A stretch of 64,000 bases of DNA from Betaproteobacteria bacterium (GTDB lineage: Bacteria > Pseudomonadota > Gammaproteobacteria > Burkholderiales > Burkholderiaceae_C), in assembly GCA_043743835.1 (NCBI GenBank), contig JAYTVT010000032.1:7599-71598 (forward strand). Direction: 5' to 3'. Position numbers and translations under genes: made by a program. The notes under the pieces were generated by a model, which was given only the letters and a program-made list of their open reading frames with translations, ran no database searches and had not been told where the DNA came from. Numbering within the stretch: position 1 is the first letter of the stretch; each line of letters opens with the position of its first letter. Below, in pieces: positions 20,283 to 29,218 of the stretch.

Positions 20283-21193
20283 GTGGGGGCCTTGGGGGTG
20301 GCGGGTGTCAGGGTGGACAGGATGCGGTCGGCTTCCACGCGCCAGTCGTCGCTGCGCGCAAAGCCCGGCTTGCCACGTGTGCCGAAGACGCCGGCGTCGC
20401 CCTGTTCGGCCACCCAGGTGTCACGCTGGGCCGTGCCGTGGGCGCTGAGCGGCTGCAGCCCGGCGTCGCGCACGGTGCGCGCGGCTTCCTGCATTTCTTC
20501 GCCTCGGCGGCGGCCGTGTTCGATCACGCGCTGAAACGCATAGGTGGCTTGTTTTTGCCAGTCGACGCCGGGATAAGTTTCCTGCAGCGACGCCAGAACA
20601 GCGTCTTCCACGCCGTAGTGGCGCGCGGTGGTCAGGCTCTCGATCAGCATGGCCTCCAGGCCCTTGATCATCACGCTGCGGCACAGCTTGGTGGCGCTGG
20701 CCACACCCAGCTTTTCACTGGCCACCTGGGCACAAAACCCCAGGCCCGTGAGCATGGGCAACAGGGCCGCGGCGTGCGGGCCGCCCAGCAGCAGCGGCAC
20801 GCGGATGCGGTAGCCGCTGATCAGCGTCATCACGGCGCCTTCAACATAGCGCCCACCGGCGCTAATGATGCAACTGGCGGCCTCGGCCTTGGCGCCGGGC
20901 GATGCGGAGTTGAAGTCGAGGAAAAAGGTGTTGTCGATGGCGCTCGCACAGGCCTGCGCCACAGCCAGCGTTTGGCTGGCCGTCACGGCCGAGATCACCA
21001 GCTGTGTGCCTTGCACGGCCTCAAGGTGCGAGGCCGCCAAGACGACGCCATACCGAACGGCGTGTTCGCGCAAGGAAGCTGCGTCAGCGCTGTTCAGCTT
21101 GACATCAAAGGATGTGACTTCATGGCCCGACGCGCGCAAGTCCTGCGCCAGGATCTTGCCCACTTCGCCATAGCCGATGAGTGCAACGCGCAC
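20279..21193 (-). CDS. NAD(P)-dependent oxidoreductase, beta-hydroxyacid/6PGD-like with DUF1932-type C-terminus
   Basis: GYGEVG Rossmann motif, DFNSASP, KLCRSVMIKG and HGRRRGEEM; GTG start just after the ligK stop. Confidence 0.8.
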   Translation of the reverse strand: MRVALIGYGEVGKILAQDLRASGHEVTSFDVKLNSADAASLREHAVRYGVVLAASHLEAVQGTQLVISAVTASQTLAVAQACASAIDNTFFLDFNSASPGAKAEAASCIISAGGRYVEGAVMTLISGYRIRVPLLLGGPHAAALLPMLTGLGFCAQVASEKLGVASATKLCRSVMIKGLEAMLIESLTTARHYGVEDAVLASLQETYPGVDWQKQATYAFQRVIEHGRRRGEEMQEAARTVRDAGLQPLSAHGTAQRDTWVAEQGDAGVFGTRGKPGFARSDDWRVEADRILSTLTPATPKAPT

Positions 21194-21198
21194 GGTCT

Positions 21199-21882
21199 TC
21201 AGTCGATGTAGCGCAGGCCGGCCTTGGCCAGCGGTTCGCGCATGTTGTACATGTCCAGGCCCAGCACACCCGCGGCCAGCTTGGCGCGCTTGTCGCCTTC
21301 CAGCGCTTCGCGTTTGGCGGCCGCTTCTGCAGTGGCTGGCGCAGAAGCGGCGGGCACCACCACCACGCCGTCGTCGTCGGCCACGATGACGTCGCCCGGC
21401 GTCACCCACATGCCGGCGCAGACCACCGGGATGTTCACCGAGCCCAGCGTGGCCTTGATGGTGCCTTTGCTGCTGATGGCACGGCTCCACACCGGGAAGC
21501 CCATCTCGGTGAGGTCTTTGATGTCGCGGCAGCCGCCGTCGATGATCAGCCCACGCGCGCCGCGGGCCATGAAGGACGTGGCCAGCAGGTCGCCAAAAAA
21601 GCCGTCGGTGTTGTCGGCGCTGCAGGCGGCCACCACGATGTCGCCCGGTTGGATCTGCTCGGCCACCACGTGCATCATCCAGTTGTCACCCGGGTGCAGC
21701 AGCACCGTGACGGCAGTGCCCGAGATGCGTGCGCCGCTGTAGATGGGCCGCATGTAGGGCTTCATCAAGCCGACCCGGCCTTGGGCCTCGTGCACGGTGG
21801 ACGCGCCAAAACGCGCCAGTTGATCGGCCGCGCTGCGGTCGGCACGGGTGATGTTGCGTTTGACCACGCCCAATTCATACAT
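21199..21882 (-). CDS. ligK: 4-carboxy-4-hydroxy-2-oxoadipate aldolase
   Basis: [23 protein letters not shown] and [13 protein letters not shown] (RraA/HMG aldolase family). Confidence 0.93.
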   Translation of the reverse strand: MYELGVVKRNITRADRSAADQLARFGASTVHEAQGRVGLMKPYMRPIYSGARISGTAVTVLLHPGDNWMMHVVAEQIQPGDIVVAACSADNTDGFFGDLLATSFMARGARGLIIDGGCRDIKDLTEMGFPVWSRAISSKGTIKATLGSVNIPVVCAGMWVTPGDVIVADDDGVVVVPAASAPATAEAAAKREALEGDKRAKLAAGVLGLDMYNMREPLAKAGLRYID

Positions 21883-21883
21883 C

Positions 21884-22912
21884 TCAGATCCCCTTGCGTT
21901 TCAGTGCGGCGTCCAAACGCGGGTAAACACGGCGCGCGTTGCCTTCATAAACCTTGTGGCGGTCGTCGCCCACCACGATGGTGCTGGCTTCGATGTAGCG
22001 TTTGGTGTCGTCGTAGTAGTGGCCGGTTTCGGGGTCGATGCCGCGCACGGCGCCGATCATCTCGCTGGCAAAGAGGATGTTGTCCACCGGTATCACCTGG
22101 GTCAGCAGGTCGATGCCGGGCTGGTGGTAGACGCAGGTGTCGAAGAAGATGTTTTTCAGCAGGTGGTCTTTCAGCAGCGGCTTTTTCATTTCCTGCGCCA
22201 GGCCGCGGTAACGCCCCCAGTGGTAGGGCACCGCGCCGCCGCCGTGCGGTATCACAAAGCGCAGCGTGGGGAAGTCCTTGAACAGGTCGCCTTGCAGGCA
22301 CTGCATGAAGGCCGTGGTGTCGGCGTTGATGTAGTGCGCGCCGGTGGCGTGAAAGCAGGCGTTGCAGCTGCTGCTGACGTGCACCATGGCGGGCAGGTCG
22401 TACTCCACCATTTTTTCGTAGATGGGGTACCAGTGGCGGTCGGTCAGCGGCGGGCTGGTCCAGTGGCCACCACTGGGGTCGGGGTTGAGGTTGATGCCCA
22501 CGTTGCCGTATTGCTCCACACACTTCACCAGTTCGGGAATGCAGGTGGCAGGGTCCACGCCCGGGCTTTGCGGCAGCATGGCGGCAGGAATGAAGTGGTC
22601 GGGGAAGAGTTGGCTGACCCGGTAGCAGAGCTCGTTGCAGATGGCCGACCAGGTGGCGCTGACTTGAAAGTCGCCAATGTGGTGGGCCATGAAACTGGCC
22701 CGCGGGCTGAAGATGGTCAGGTCGCTGCCGCGCTCTTTCATCAGGCGCAACTGGTTGGTCTCGACACTTTCGCGCAGCTCGTCGTCGCTGATCTTCAGGT
22801 CGGCGACCTTGGGCCTCAGTGCGGCGTCCTGGATGCCGGCAATCTGGGCGTTGCGCCAGTTTTCCAGCGCCTTGGGCGCGGTGGTGTAGTGGCCGTGGCA
22901 GTCGATGATCAT
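21884..22912 (-). CDS. ligJ: 4-oxalomesaconate hydratase
   Basis: [38 protein letters not shown] and FASEMIGA motifs. Confidence 0.94.
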   Translation of the reverse strand: MIIDCHGHYTTAPKALENWRNAQIAGIQDAALRPKVADLKISDDELRESVETNQLRLMKERGSDLTIFSPRASFMAHHIGDFQVSATWSAICNELCYRVSQLFPDHFIPAAMLPQSPGVDPATCIPELVKCVEQYGNVGINLNPDPSGGHWTSPPLTDRHWYPIYEKMVEYDLPAMVHVSSSCNACFHATGAHYINADTTAFMQCLQGDLFKDFPTLRFVIPHGGGAVPYHWGRYRGLAQEMKKPLLKDHLLKNIFFDTCVYHQPGIDLLTQVIPVDNILFASEMIGAVRGIDPETGHYYDDTKRYIEASTIVVGDDRHKVYEGNARRVYPRLDAALKRKGI

Positions 22913-22939
22913 GGTGTGTCGGCGGGGTGTTGGTTGTGA

Positions 22940-23641
22940 TCAGGCGGGTTCCATGCCGTGCCGCCGCTTGGCGGCTGCCGCCTGGGGCGAAGCCAGAAAG
23001 TTCAGCAGCTGGCGCGCAGCCGCGGCGCGCGGGTCGTTCGCGTCCAGCGCGCTGGACAAGGCCCCGCAAAACGTGGTGATGATGGCCATGTCGGCGGGCA
23101 GGGTGCCGACCACCTGAATGCCATCCAGGTTCATCAATTCGCTCAGCTGTTGAAAGCCCAGCGCCACCTCGCCGCGCGCCACCAGCGCACCCACCGGTAC
23201 GCCGGGCGGGGCCTGGACCAGGCGGCTCTGGATGTCTTGCGTGATGCCCCAGGCCTCAAACTGCCGCGCCAGTTGCACGCCACTGGGGCCGGTGGACACG
23301 CTGATGCTGGGCGCATTCAGCACCGCTTGGCGCACCGCTGCGGCGTTGTGCAAGGAAGGTGCGGGCGAGCCGGCTGGGACCGCCACCGCCACTGGCGATC
23401 GAAACAGGTCCACGCGGCTGCCGCTGACCAAATGGCCCGAGGCCATCAAGCGGTCGATCGCGTCGGCCGCCAGCAGCACCACGTCAAAGGCCGCGCCGGC
23501 CTGCACACGCTGGGCGGCCACCACGCCGCCCACCGACTCGATGGCCACCACCTGCCCGGTTTGTTGTTGGAAGGCGGCGGTCAGGTCGGCCAGCACCTGG
23601 CGGGTGGCCATGGACGAAATGCCGGTGACGGTTGAGTTCAA
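22940..23641 (-). CDS. ModA-like (SBP_bac_11) substrate-binding-fold protein with no signal peptide
   Basis: ISSMAT, STGPSG and GEVALGFQQLSEL motifs. TTG start at 23641 is inferred; first gene of the lig operon. Confidence 0.75.
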   Translation of the reverse strand: MNSTVTGISSMATRQVLADLTAAFQQQTGQVVAIESVGGVVAAQRVQAGAAFDVVLLAADAIDRLMASGHLVSGSRVDLFRSPVAVAVPAGSPAPSLHNAAAVRQAVLNAPSISVSTGPSGVQLARQFEAWGITQDIQSRLVQAPPGVPVGALVARGEVALGFQQLSELMNLDGIQVVGTLPADMAIITTFCGALSSALDANDPRAAAARQLLNFLASPQAAAAKRRHGMEPA

Positions 23642-23673
23642 GGTTTGACTTGGGTGGGTTACACGGCGCTGAT

Positions 23674-23727
23674 GGTCCTGAAGGTCCTGAAGGTCCAGTG
23701 GGTCCCGTGGGCCCTGAAGGCCCTGAC
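23674..23727. repeat. Six degenerate 9-bp tandem units, each beginning GGNCC
   Basis: GGTCCTGAA GGTCCTGAA GGTCCAGTG GGTCCCGTG GGCCCTGAA GGCCCTGAC in the lig operon leader. Confidence 0.75.
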
Positions 23728-23806
23728 GTGGTGGCCGTCTTGCCCGCGAGCCATCATTCTTGGGCAATCTGTCTCATGCATCAATGCGATTGCTTGACTA
23801 TCTGAA

Positions 23807-23821
23807 ATGCCACAATGGCAT
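23807..23821. promoter_or_regulatory. Candidate LysR recognition site (T-N11-A dyad)
   Basis: ATGCCA-CAA-TGGCAT perfect dyad, about 33 bp upstream of the LysR start, in the divergent promoter region. Confidence 0.6.
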
Positions 23822-23853
23822 GGCTGGCGCCAACGAATCGCCACCGGAACGCC

Positions 23854-24777
23854 ATGGACCTCAAACAGCTGCAGTACTTTGTCCAGGTGGCCGAGCTGGG
23901 TGGTTTCACCCGCGCGGCCAGCGTGTTGCGGGTGGCGCAGCCGGCCCTGAGCCGCCAGGTTCGCGCTTTGGAGGTCGAGCTGCGCCAGCGCCTGTTTGAC
24001 CGCAACGGGCGTGGCGTGACGCTGACCGCCGCCGGCACGCGCCTGCTGGCCCACGGCCGCGGCATCCTGCAGCAGGTGGAGCGCGCCCGCCTGGATCTGG
24101 AAGACCAGCGCGGCGCGGCCTCGGGTTTGTTGTCCATTGGCCTGCCGCCCAGCGTAAGCCGCACGCTGACCGCGCCGCTGGTCGAGGCCTTTCGCGAACG
24201 CTTTCCCCGGGCCACCCTCAGTGTGGTGGAAGGGCTGTCCACCTACACCTTGGAGTGGCTGGCCCAAGGGCGCATCGACTGCGCGGTGGTCTACAACGCC
24301 ACGCCAGCGGCGGCCATCGACCTGGTGCCCGTGCTGCAGGAGCCCCTGCTCCTGGTGTCGGCGCGCACCGCCCGTACCCCTGCGGCCTTCCGGGGTCCGG
24401 CAGTTTCGCTGGCACATCTGTCCACCAAGGAACTGGTCATACCCAGCCGCCCGCACGCCATCCGCATGCGCCTGGAAACGGTGATGGCCGAAGCCGGCTG
24501 CAAGCCGCTGGTGGGCTTGGAGATTGAAAGCGTGCCGGCCATGCTGGACCTGGTTCAGCGCCATGCGCTGCACGCGGTGCTCAGCCTCAACGCAGTGCGC
24601 GCCAGCGGGCGCGAGCAGGCCTTTGTGGTTCAGCCCATTGGCCTGGGCCCACGCCAATACCTCAGCACCAGCCTGTGGCTGGCCACTTCTGCGCTGAGGC
24701 CACGAGGCCCGCTGCTGGACCAAGCGACCCAGGTGCTGCTGGAACTGCTGCAGCAAACGCTGACCCCCAAGGCCTGA
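23854..24777 (+). CDS. LysR-family transcriptional regulator of the lig/pob operon
   Basis: MDLKQLQYF...FTRAA...AQPALSRQVRALE HTH; divergent from the operon. Confidence 0.93.
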   Translation: MDLKQLQYFVQVAELGGFTRAASVLRVAQPALSRQVRALEVELRQRLFDRNGRGVTLTAAGTRLLAHGRGILQQVERARLDLEDQRGAASGLLSIGLPPSVSRTLTAPLVEAFRERFPRATLSVVEGLSTYTLEWLAQGRIDCAVVYNATPAAAIDLVPVLQEPLLLVSARTARTPAAFRGPAVSLAHLSTKELVIPSRPHAIRMRLETVMAEAGCKPLVGLEIESVPAMLDLVQRHALHAVLSLNAVRASGREQAFVVQPIGLGPRQYLSTSLWLATSALRPRGPLLDQATQVLLELLQQTLTPKA

Positions 24778-24932
24778 TCCCGCCGGCAGCCACCCTTCAC
24801 CTGAAGGAGGCGGCGTCAACAAGGCCACACGGGATGCGCCTTTTTCAGGTCAATTGCTGCGTATGCTCTTCAAGGTGCACCGCAGGTGGTGTTCTGACCT
24901 GCCTGTCCTTCCAATTCACCGAGGAGCCCTTC

Positions 24933-26453
24933 TTGAAGCCCGCCCACACCATGTTGAAGCGCCTTGGCGCCTGCACCCTGGCCGCCGCAGCGGCACTGTT
25001 TTCTGTGGCCGCCCATGCCGAGAACCACGCCCTGATCATGTGGATCGGTGACTACGGCGACCCCAAGAACGACCTGCCCGGCATTGACCTGGACGCGGCC
25101 AACGCCCGCCTGATCGCCCAGGCCATGGGCGTGCCCGACCGCAACATCACCGAAATCAGCAACGCCCGGCTGACCAAAGAAGGCATGCGCAACGGCCTGG
25201 TCAAGCTCTACCAGACCATCAAGGACGGCGACAAGGTCTTCATCTATTACTCGGGCCATGGCGGTCAGGTGCAGGGCCACGAAACCAGCGCCAAGTGCAG
25301 TGAAGTGCTGGTGGCCCGCGATGGCCTGGTGCTGGATGCGTTCTTGCAAGACGCGCTGACCACCATTGGCAAGCGTGCCAGCCAGGTGGTGATGATCAAC
25401 GACTCGTGCTTCTCGGGCGGTGCCGCGACCAAGAGCGCACTGCCCAGCGGTGAACCCGGCGACCGGGCCAAGTTCATCGCGCCCGACGCCAAGGCCAACT
25501 CGGCGGTGACCCAGGGCTACGCCTGTGGTGACCCGACCAACACCACCAAGATCACCCGCAGCCTGGGGGCGATGAGCAAAGATGCCCGCGGCCCGCAGGT
25601 GCTTTACATCGCGGCGTCCAACGACACCCAGGTGTCTTTTGCCACGCCCAAGGGCAGCGTTGGCACGCTCGCCTTTGCGCATTGCATCGGTCTGGCCCAC
25701 GCCGATACCGACCGCAGTGGCCGCATCAACGGGGAAGAGCTGCGCGAGTGCGCGCAGGCCTACATCGACAAACGCCGAACCAAGCAGACCATCACCCTGC
25801 AAGGCAACGAACGTTTGCCGCTGTCGTTTGTCAAGGCTGAAGCACCAGCGCCTGCCGCGGCACCCGCTCCGGTGGTGGCCCCAGCCCCCGCAGCGGCGCC
25901 TGCGCCCACCGCGGCACCTGCGCCTGCAGTGGCGCCCGCTCCAACCGCGGCACCCGCACCGGCCACGGTCAATGCGGCCCAAGCCCTGCATGACCTGCAA
26001 GCCGGCGCTGACCGCAGCGTGCAAGTGCAGCTGGCCCTGGCGCGGTCCAGCTTGCGCATCGGCAAAGATTTGCTGGAGTTCACGGTGAGCACCGGTCGCG
26101 AGGGCTACCTTTACCTGCTGCAGGTGGGCAGCGACGGCAAGACCTTCAACCTGCTCTTTCCCAACAAGGTCGACGGTGAGAACTTTCTGCCGGCCGGCAC
26201 CCACCGCTTTCCGCGCCCCAGCTGGCGTTTGCGCGCCGGTGGGCCGGTGGGCAAGAGCCACGTGTTGGCCATTGTTTCGCCGGAGAAAAAGGACCTGTCA
26301 CGCGGCATGGACGGCTCTTCGGTCTTCCCATCCAGCAGCGCCAACCAGCGCAACACGCGCACGCTGGTGGTGGAAGCCACGGGTGCCGATGGCGGTGGCT
26401 CTGGACGTTATGGCGCCAGTCAGGTGCTGACGGTTACCGAGACCGCGGAATGA
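24933..26453 (+). CDS. Secreted caspase-family (C14, metacaspase-like) protease with EF-hand-like loop, Pro/Ala linker and DUF4384-like C-terminal domain
   Basis: Signal peptide ending AHA; His motif YYSGHG; Cys motif NDSCFSG; C-terminal GYLYLLQVGSDG...LLFPN. TTG start after GAGGAG; alternative ATG at 24951. Confidence 0.88.
   Translation: MKPAHTMLKRLGACTLAAAAALFSVAAHAENHALIMWIGDYGDPKNDLPGIDLDAANARLIAQAMGVPDRNITEISNARLTKEGMRNGLVKLYQTIKDGDKVFIYYSGHGGQVQGHETSAKCSEVLVARDGLVLDAFLQDALTTIGKRASQVVMINDSCFSGGAATKSALPSGEPGDRAKFIAPDAKANSAVTQGYACGDPTNTTKITRSLGAMSKDARGPQVLYIAASNDTQVSFATPKGSVGTLAFAHCIGLAHADTDRSGRINGEELRECAQAYIDKRRTKQTITLQGNERLPLSFVKAEAPAPAAAPAPVVAPAPAAAPAPTAAPAPAVAPAPTAAPAPATVNAAQALHDLQAGADRSVQVQLALARSSLRIGKDLLEFTVSTGREGYLYLLQVGSDGKTFNLLFPNKVDGENFLPAGTHRFPRPSWRLRAGGPVGKSHVLAIVSPEKKDLSRGMDGSSVFPSSSANQRNTRTLVVEATGADGGGSGRYGASQVLTVTETAE
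25842..25964 (+). repeat. Pro/Ala tandem repeat linker (about 18-bp period, APAPxx)
   Basis: APAPAAAPAPVVAPAPAAAPAPTAAPAPAVAPAPTAAPAPA within the caspase CDS. Confidence 0.8.
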
Positions 26454-27784
26454 AGGGCGGACGGCGACTGGCTTGTTTGCTGCGGGCCGGCATGATGGAT
26501 CCCCGATTCACGCTCCACAGGTCGTCGGCCGCAGCCGCGCTTGTGCTGCTTGGCTGGAGTCCCATGGCGGGCTCAACCTCTGCCGTTTTGCCGCCTGCCG
26601 TTTTGTCGCCTGCAGTAGCGAAGGCATCGGCGGCGGACAGCGGCTCACCTGCAGCCCTGGCCCTTGCGCTGGCCGACCTGGGCGGTTCCATGCTGAACCA
26701 GTCCAGCGCCGTCAACGCGGTGCAGTCGCCCGTGGCGACGGCCGTGGCCCTGGGCCTGGTTCAAGCGGGTGCCAACGGGCCGTCCGAACAAGAGATCGAG
26801 GCACTCTTTGGGCCCCGCCCTGAGGGCGGGCGGGCGCTGCGCCAGGGCTTGCCAAGCTTGCTGCGCCAGATGCAGGGCGAGCCCGGAACGGCCTCGCCCT
26901 TGGCGCTGGCGGCGCGCATGTGGGTGGATGAAAAAGCGGTTGTGCCCAAGGCCTACAGCCAGCGGCTGGCCAGCCGCTGGCAGGCTGACTCGCAGCGCCT
27001 GGCGTTTGCCCAAAGCGAGGCGGCGCGTGCGCAGATCAATGGCTGGACGGCCGAGCGCACCGCCGGTCGTGTCAAGGACCTCTTGCCGTCCGGCAGCATC
27101 CATTCGGCAACCCAGATGGCGTTGACCTCGGCGGTGCACTTTCGCAGCCCTTGGGAAAAGCCTTTTGACCCCGCACAGACCACAGCCCGTCCTTTCAAGA
27201 CCGCCGCCGGCGACAGCAAAACGGTGCCAACCATGGTGGACGAACGTGCCGTCCTGCAGACCCGGGCGGACGGCCACCTGGTGATGGAAATCCCCTTTGC
27301 CACGCCCGCGGGCCGGCCCGGCTTTGCGCTGCTCATCGCGGTGCCAGACGAGGGTGCAGCGGGCCGAACGGCAACCAGCTCGGGTGCGCAGCTGGCTCGC
27401 TGGCGGGCCAGCATGGCGCCCATCAAGTGCGAACTCAGCTTGCCTCGTTTTGCCATCGCACCGCAGTCGGGTTCACTCAAATCCGTGTTGCAGGGTCTGG
27501 GTGTGAAGACCGTTTTCACCGACCGAGCCGACCTGCGCCCGATGCTGGGTCGAGGCGCGCAGCTGATGCACTTGGATGACGTGCACCAGGCCGCGGGTAT
27601 CACCGTGGACGAGCAGGGCGGCGAGGCGGTGGCGGCAGCCGCTGCCACCGTGCGCAGCAAGTCCATCGCGCTGCCGGTGCCAGCCTGCGCGGTGGACCGG
27701 GCTTTCACGTTTGCCTTGGTACACCAAGCCAGCGGAGCGCCTTTGTTTGTGGGCCGGGTGGGCGACCCGGTGCTGGCACCTTGA
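26450..27784 (+). CDS. Serpin (serine/cysteine protease inhibitor), probably exported
   Basis: SP..A.ALGLV..GA.G, INGWTAERTAGRV, VHFRSPWEKPF, LPRF, hinge DEQGGEAVAAA, and DRAFTF...LFVGRV. ATGA overlap with the caspase stop; the real start may be ATG 26492/26495. Confidence 0.92.
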   Translation: MKGGRRLACLLRAGMMDPRFTLHRSSAAAALVLLGWSPMAGSTSAVLPPAVLSPAVAKASAADSGSPAALALALADLGGSMLNQSSAVNAVQSPVATAVALGLVQAGANGPSEQEIEALFGPRPEGGRALRQGLPSLLRQMQGEPGTASPLALAARMWVDEKAVVPKAYSQRLASRWQADSQRLAFAQSEAARAQINGWTAERTAGRVKDLLPSGSIHSATQMALTSAVHFRSPWEKPFDPAQTTARPFKTAAGDSKTVPTMVDERAVLQTRADGHLVMEIPFATPAGRPGFALLIAVPDEGAAGRTATSSGAQLARWRASMAPIKCELSLPRFAIAPQSGSLKSVLQGLGVKTVFTDRADLRPMLGRGAQLMHLDDVHQAAGITVDEQGGEAVAAAAATVRSKSIALPVPACAVDRAFTFALVHQASGAPLFVGRVGDPVLAP

Positions 27785-27858
27785 AGGCCAGCTGCTCACA
27801 GCCAGTTGCGGACCGACCTGCCGACTGACCTGCTGACAGGCGGTGGTGGTGCCCGAGT

Positions 27859-28686
27859 TCAGCGTGACGACGCTGGCAACGGGCACAGCGGGCCAGGGCA
27901 GGCTGCAATTTGTGCGGTGGCGTGTTGGTACCACAGGCTCCCGGCAGCAGACTGCGCTTGGGGTAGTCCTTCGCGCTCGGTCATGAACGCGGGCAGCAAG
28001 CGGCGGGCCACGGCTTGGCGTTCTTGCGTTGGCACGGCTTGCCACTGTGGGTCTTGCCAACGCCACAAGCGCCCGGCGGCGTAGGTGCCAGCGCCTCGAC
28101 CGGCTTCGCGCCCGTTTTGCCAGCCACTGTCCATCAAGCTGCACGCGGTGCGCCCGGGCTCTTGAACCAGGATGGTCAGCGACTGCCACTCGCTGACCCT
28201 GCGGCATGCTGGCGCAGTGGCGGGTCCGGCCAGCGGTTTGTCGGGGTTGACCACGCACAACTCGTGCGAACTGACGCCCAGCCCGTTGCTGATGCCCAGC
28301 AACCTGGCCACCAGCCAGCGCGGCCTGCCATCGTCCGATAGGTTGGCGGGAAGCACTTCAAAGGCTGCAGCGCCAGTCATGGGCGAGACCTCGGTTGGCC
28401 ACCGCTGCACCACCTGGCCACCATTGCGGTGTTGGTATTGCCAGGCTTGGGGGGTTTTGCAGGCACACAGCAGCTGTTCGCCAGCCGCCGCGCAGACCGC
28501 CCGGGCGCAGCCCTGCAGTTGGCGCGGCCGCGGTGGCTCCCAGCGGGGGCCGACGGTGCACATGCGGTCGGCCACGGCATCGGCTGGCGGTGCGGCCCAA
28601 GTGTTGGGCAAGCCGAGGGTCGCCGCAGCCGGCAGCCAACTGCAACGCCGCAGCCAAACGAACAGCTGGGCAGACGCTGTCGCCAT
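27859..28686 (-). CDS. Cys-rich hypothetical exported protein
   Basis: TGATG coupling to the upstream gene; putative leader ending TWA; several Cys pairs; no recognised family. Confidence 0.55.
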   Translation of the reverse strand: MATASAQLFVWLRRCSWLPAAATLGLPNTWAAPPADAVADRMCTVGPRWEPPRPRQLQGCARAVCAAAGEQLLCACKTPQAWQYQHRNGGQVVQRWPTEVSPMTGAAAFEVLPANLSDDGRPRWLVARLLGISNGLGVSSHELCVVNPDKPLAGPATAPACRRVSEWQSLTILVQEPGRTACSLMDSGWQNGREAGRGAGTYAAGRLWRWQDPQWQAVPTQERQAVARRLLPAFMTEREGLPQAQSAAGSLWYQHATAQIAACPGPLCPLPASSR

Positions 28687-29180
28687 CAAGGCGTCGCAGC
28701 GACTTTCTTGGTGTACTTGTCGTAAGCGTTGTCCATGGCGCGCAGCAGACGGTTCAAGGTGGTCTTGAAGTCGCCCGGCACGACCAAGAACATTTCGGCC
28801 GCAAAGGTGGGGTCGCCGTCACTGTCCAAAAAGGCCTTGATCACCTTGACTTCGTTGCTGGCGGTGTTGACGCCTTCCAGACGCCGAATGCGGGCCTGGG
28901 GCGATTTGTCATCAGCCGAAAAGGCCAGGACCATGCGGAAGTAGGTCGCATCGTCCGCGTCGACATAGATGACGTAAGAGCGGCCTTCGCGGCGGAAACG
29001 CACGTTGCCGTTTTGCGTCAACTCAGGACGAAACCCTTCGGTGGCCAGGAAGTCGGAATAGGTGGTTTGCAGCTGCTGCTTGGTGTAGGTCTGGGCCGAA
29101 GCGGCGCCAGCGCCCAAGGTCAGCGCGGCGCACAGGGCCAGCGGGCAGGCGAGTTGCGAGAACATGGATTTTTTGTTCAT
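28686..29180 (-). CDS. Exported protein, YbjN-like (type III chaperone-like fold)
   Basis: Signal peptide ending ASA; FLATEGFRPE...GNVRFRREG and KVIKAFLDSDGD resemble the YbjN pattern. Confidence 0.6.
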   Translation of the reverse strand: MNKKSMFSQLACPLALCAALTLGAGAASAQTYTKQQLQTTYSDFLATEGFRPELTQNGNVRFRREGRSYVIYVDADDATYFRMVLAFSADDKSPQARIRRLEGVNTASNEVKVIKAFLDSDGDPTFAAEMFLVVPGDFKTTLNRLLRAMDNAYDKYTKKVAATP

Positions 29181-29218
29181 GAAGGGCTCTTCTCTGGGAG
29201 TGACGGAAAAAGGGTTGA

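Noticed and set aside
22940-23641. Molybdate ABC transporter modA
   Set aside because: No signal peptide and no modB/modC; it lies inside an aromatic catabolic operon.
23674-23727. Collagen-like (Gly-Pro-X) gene or CRISPR-like array
   Set aside because: Only six 9-bp units, no spacers, and no credible ORF in the Gly-Pro-X frame.
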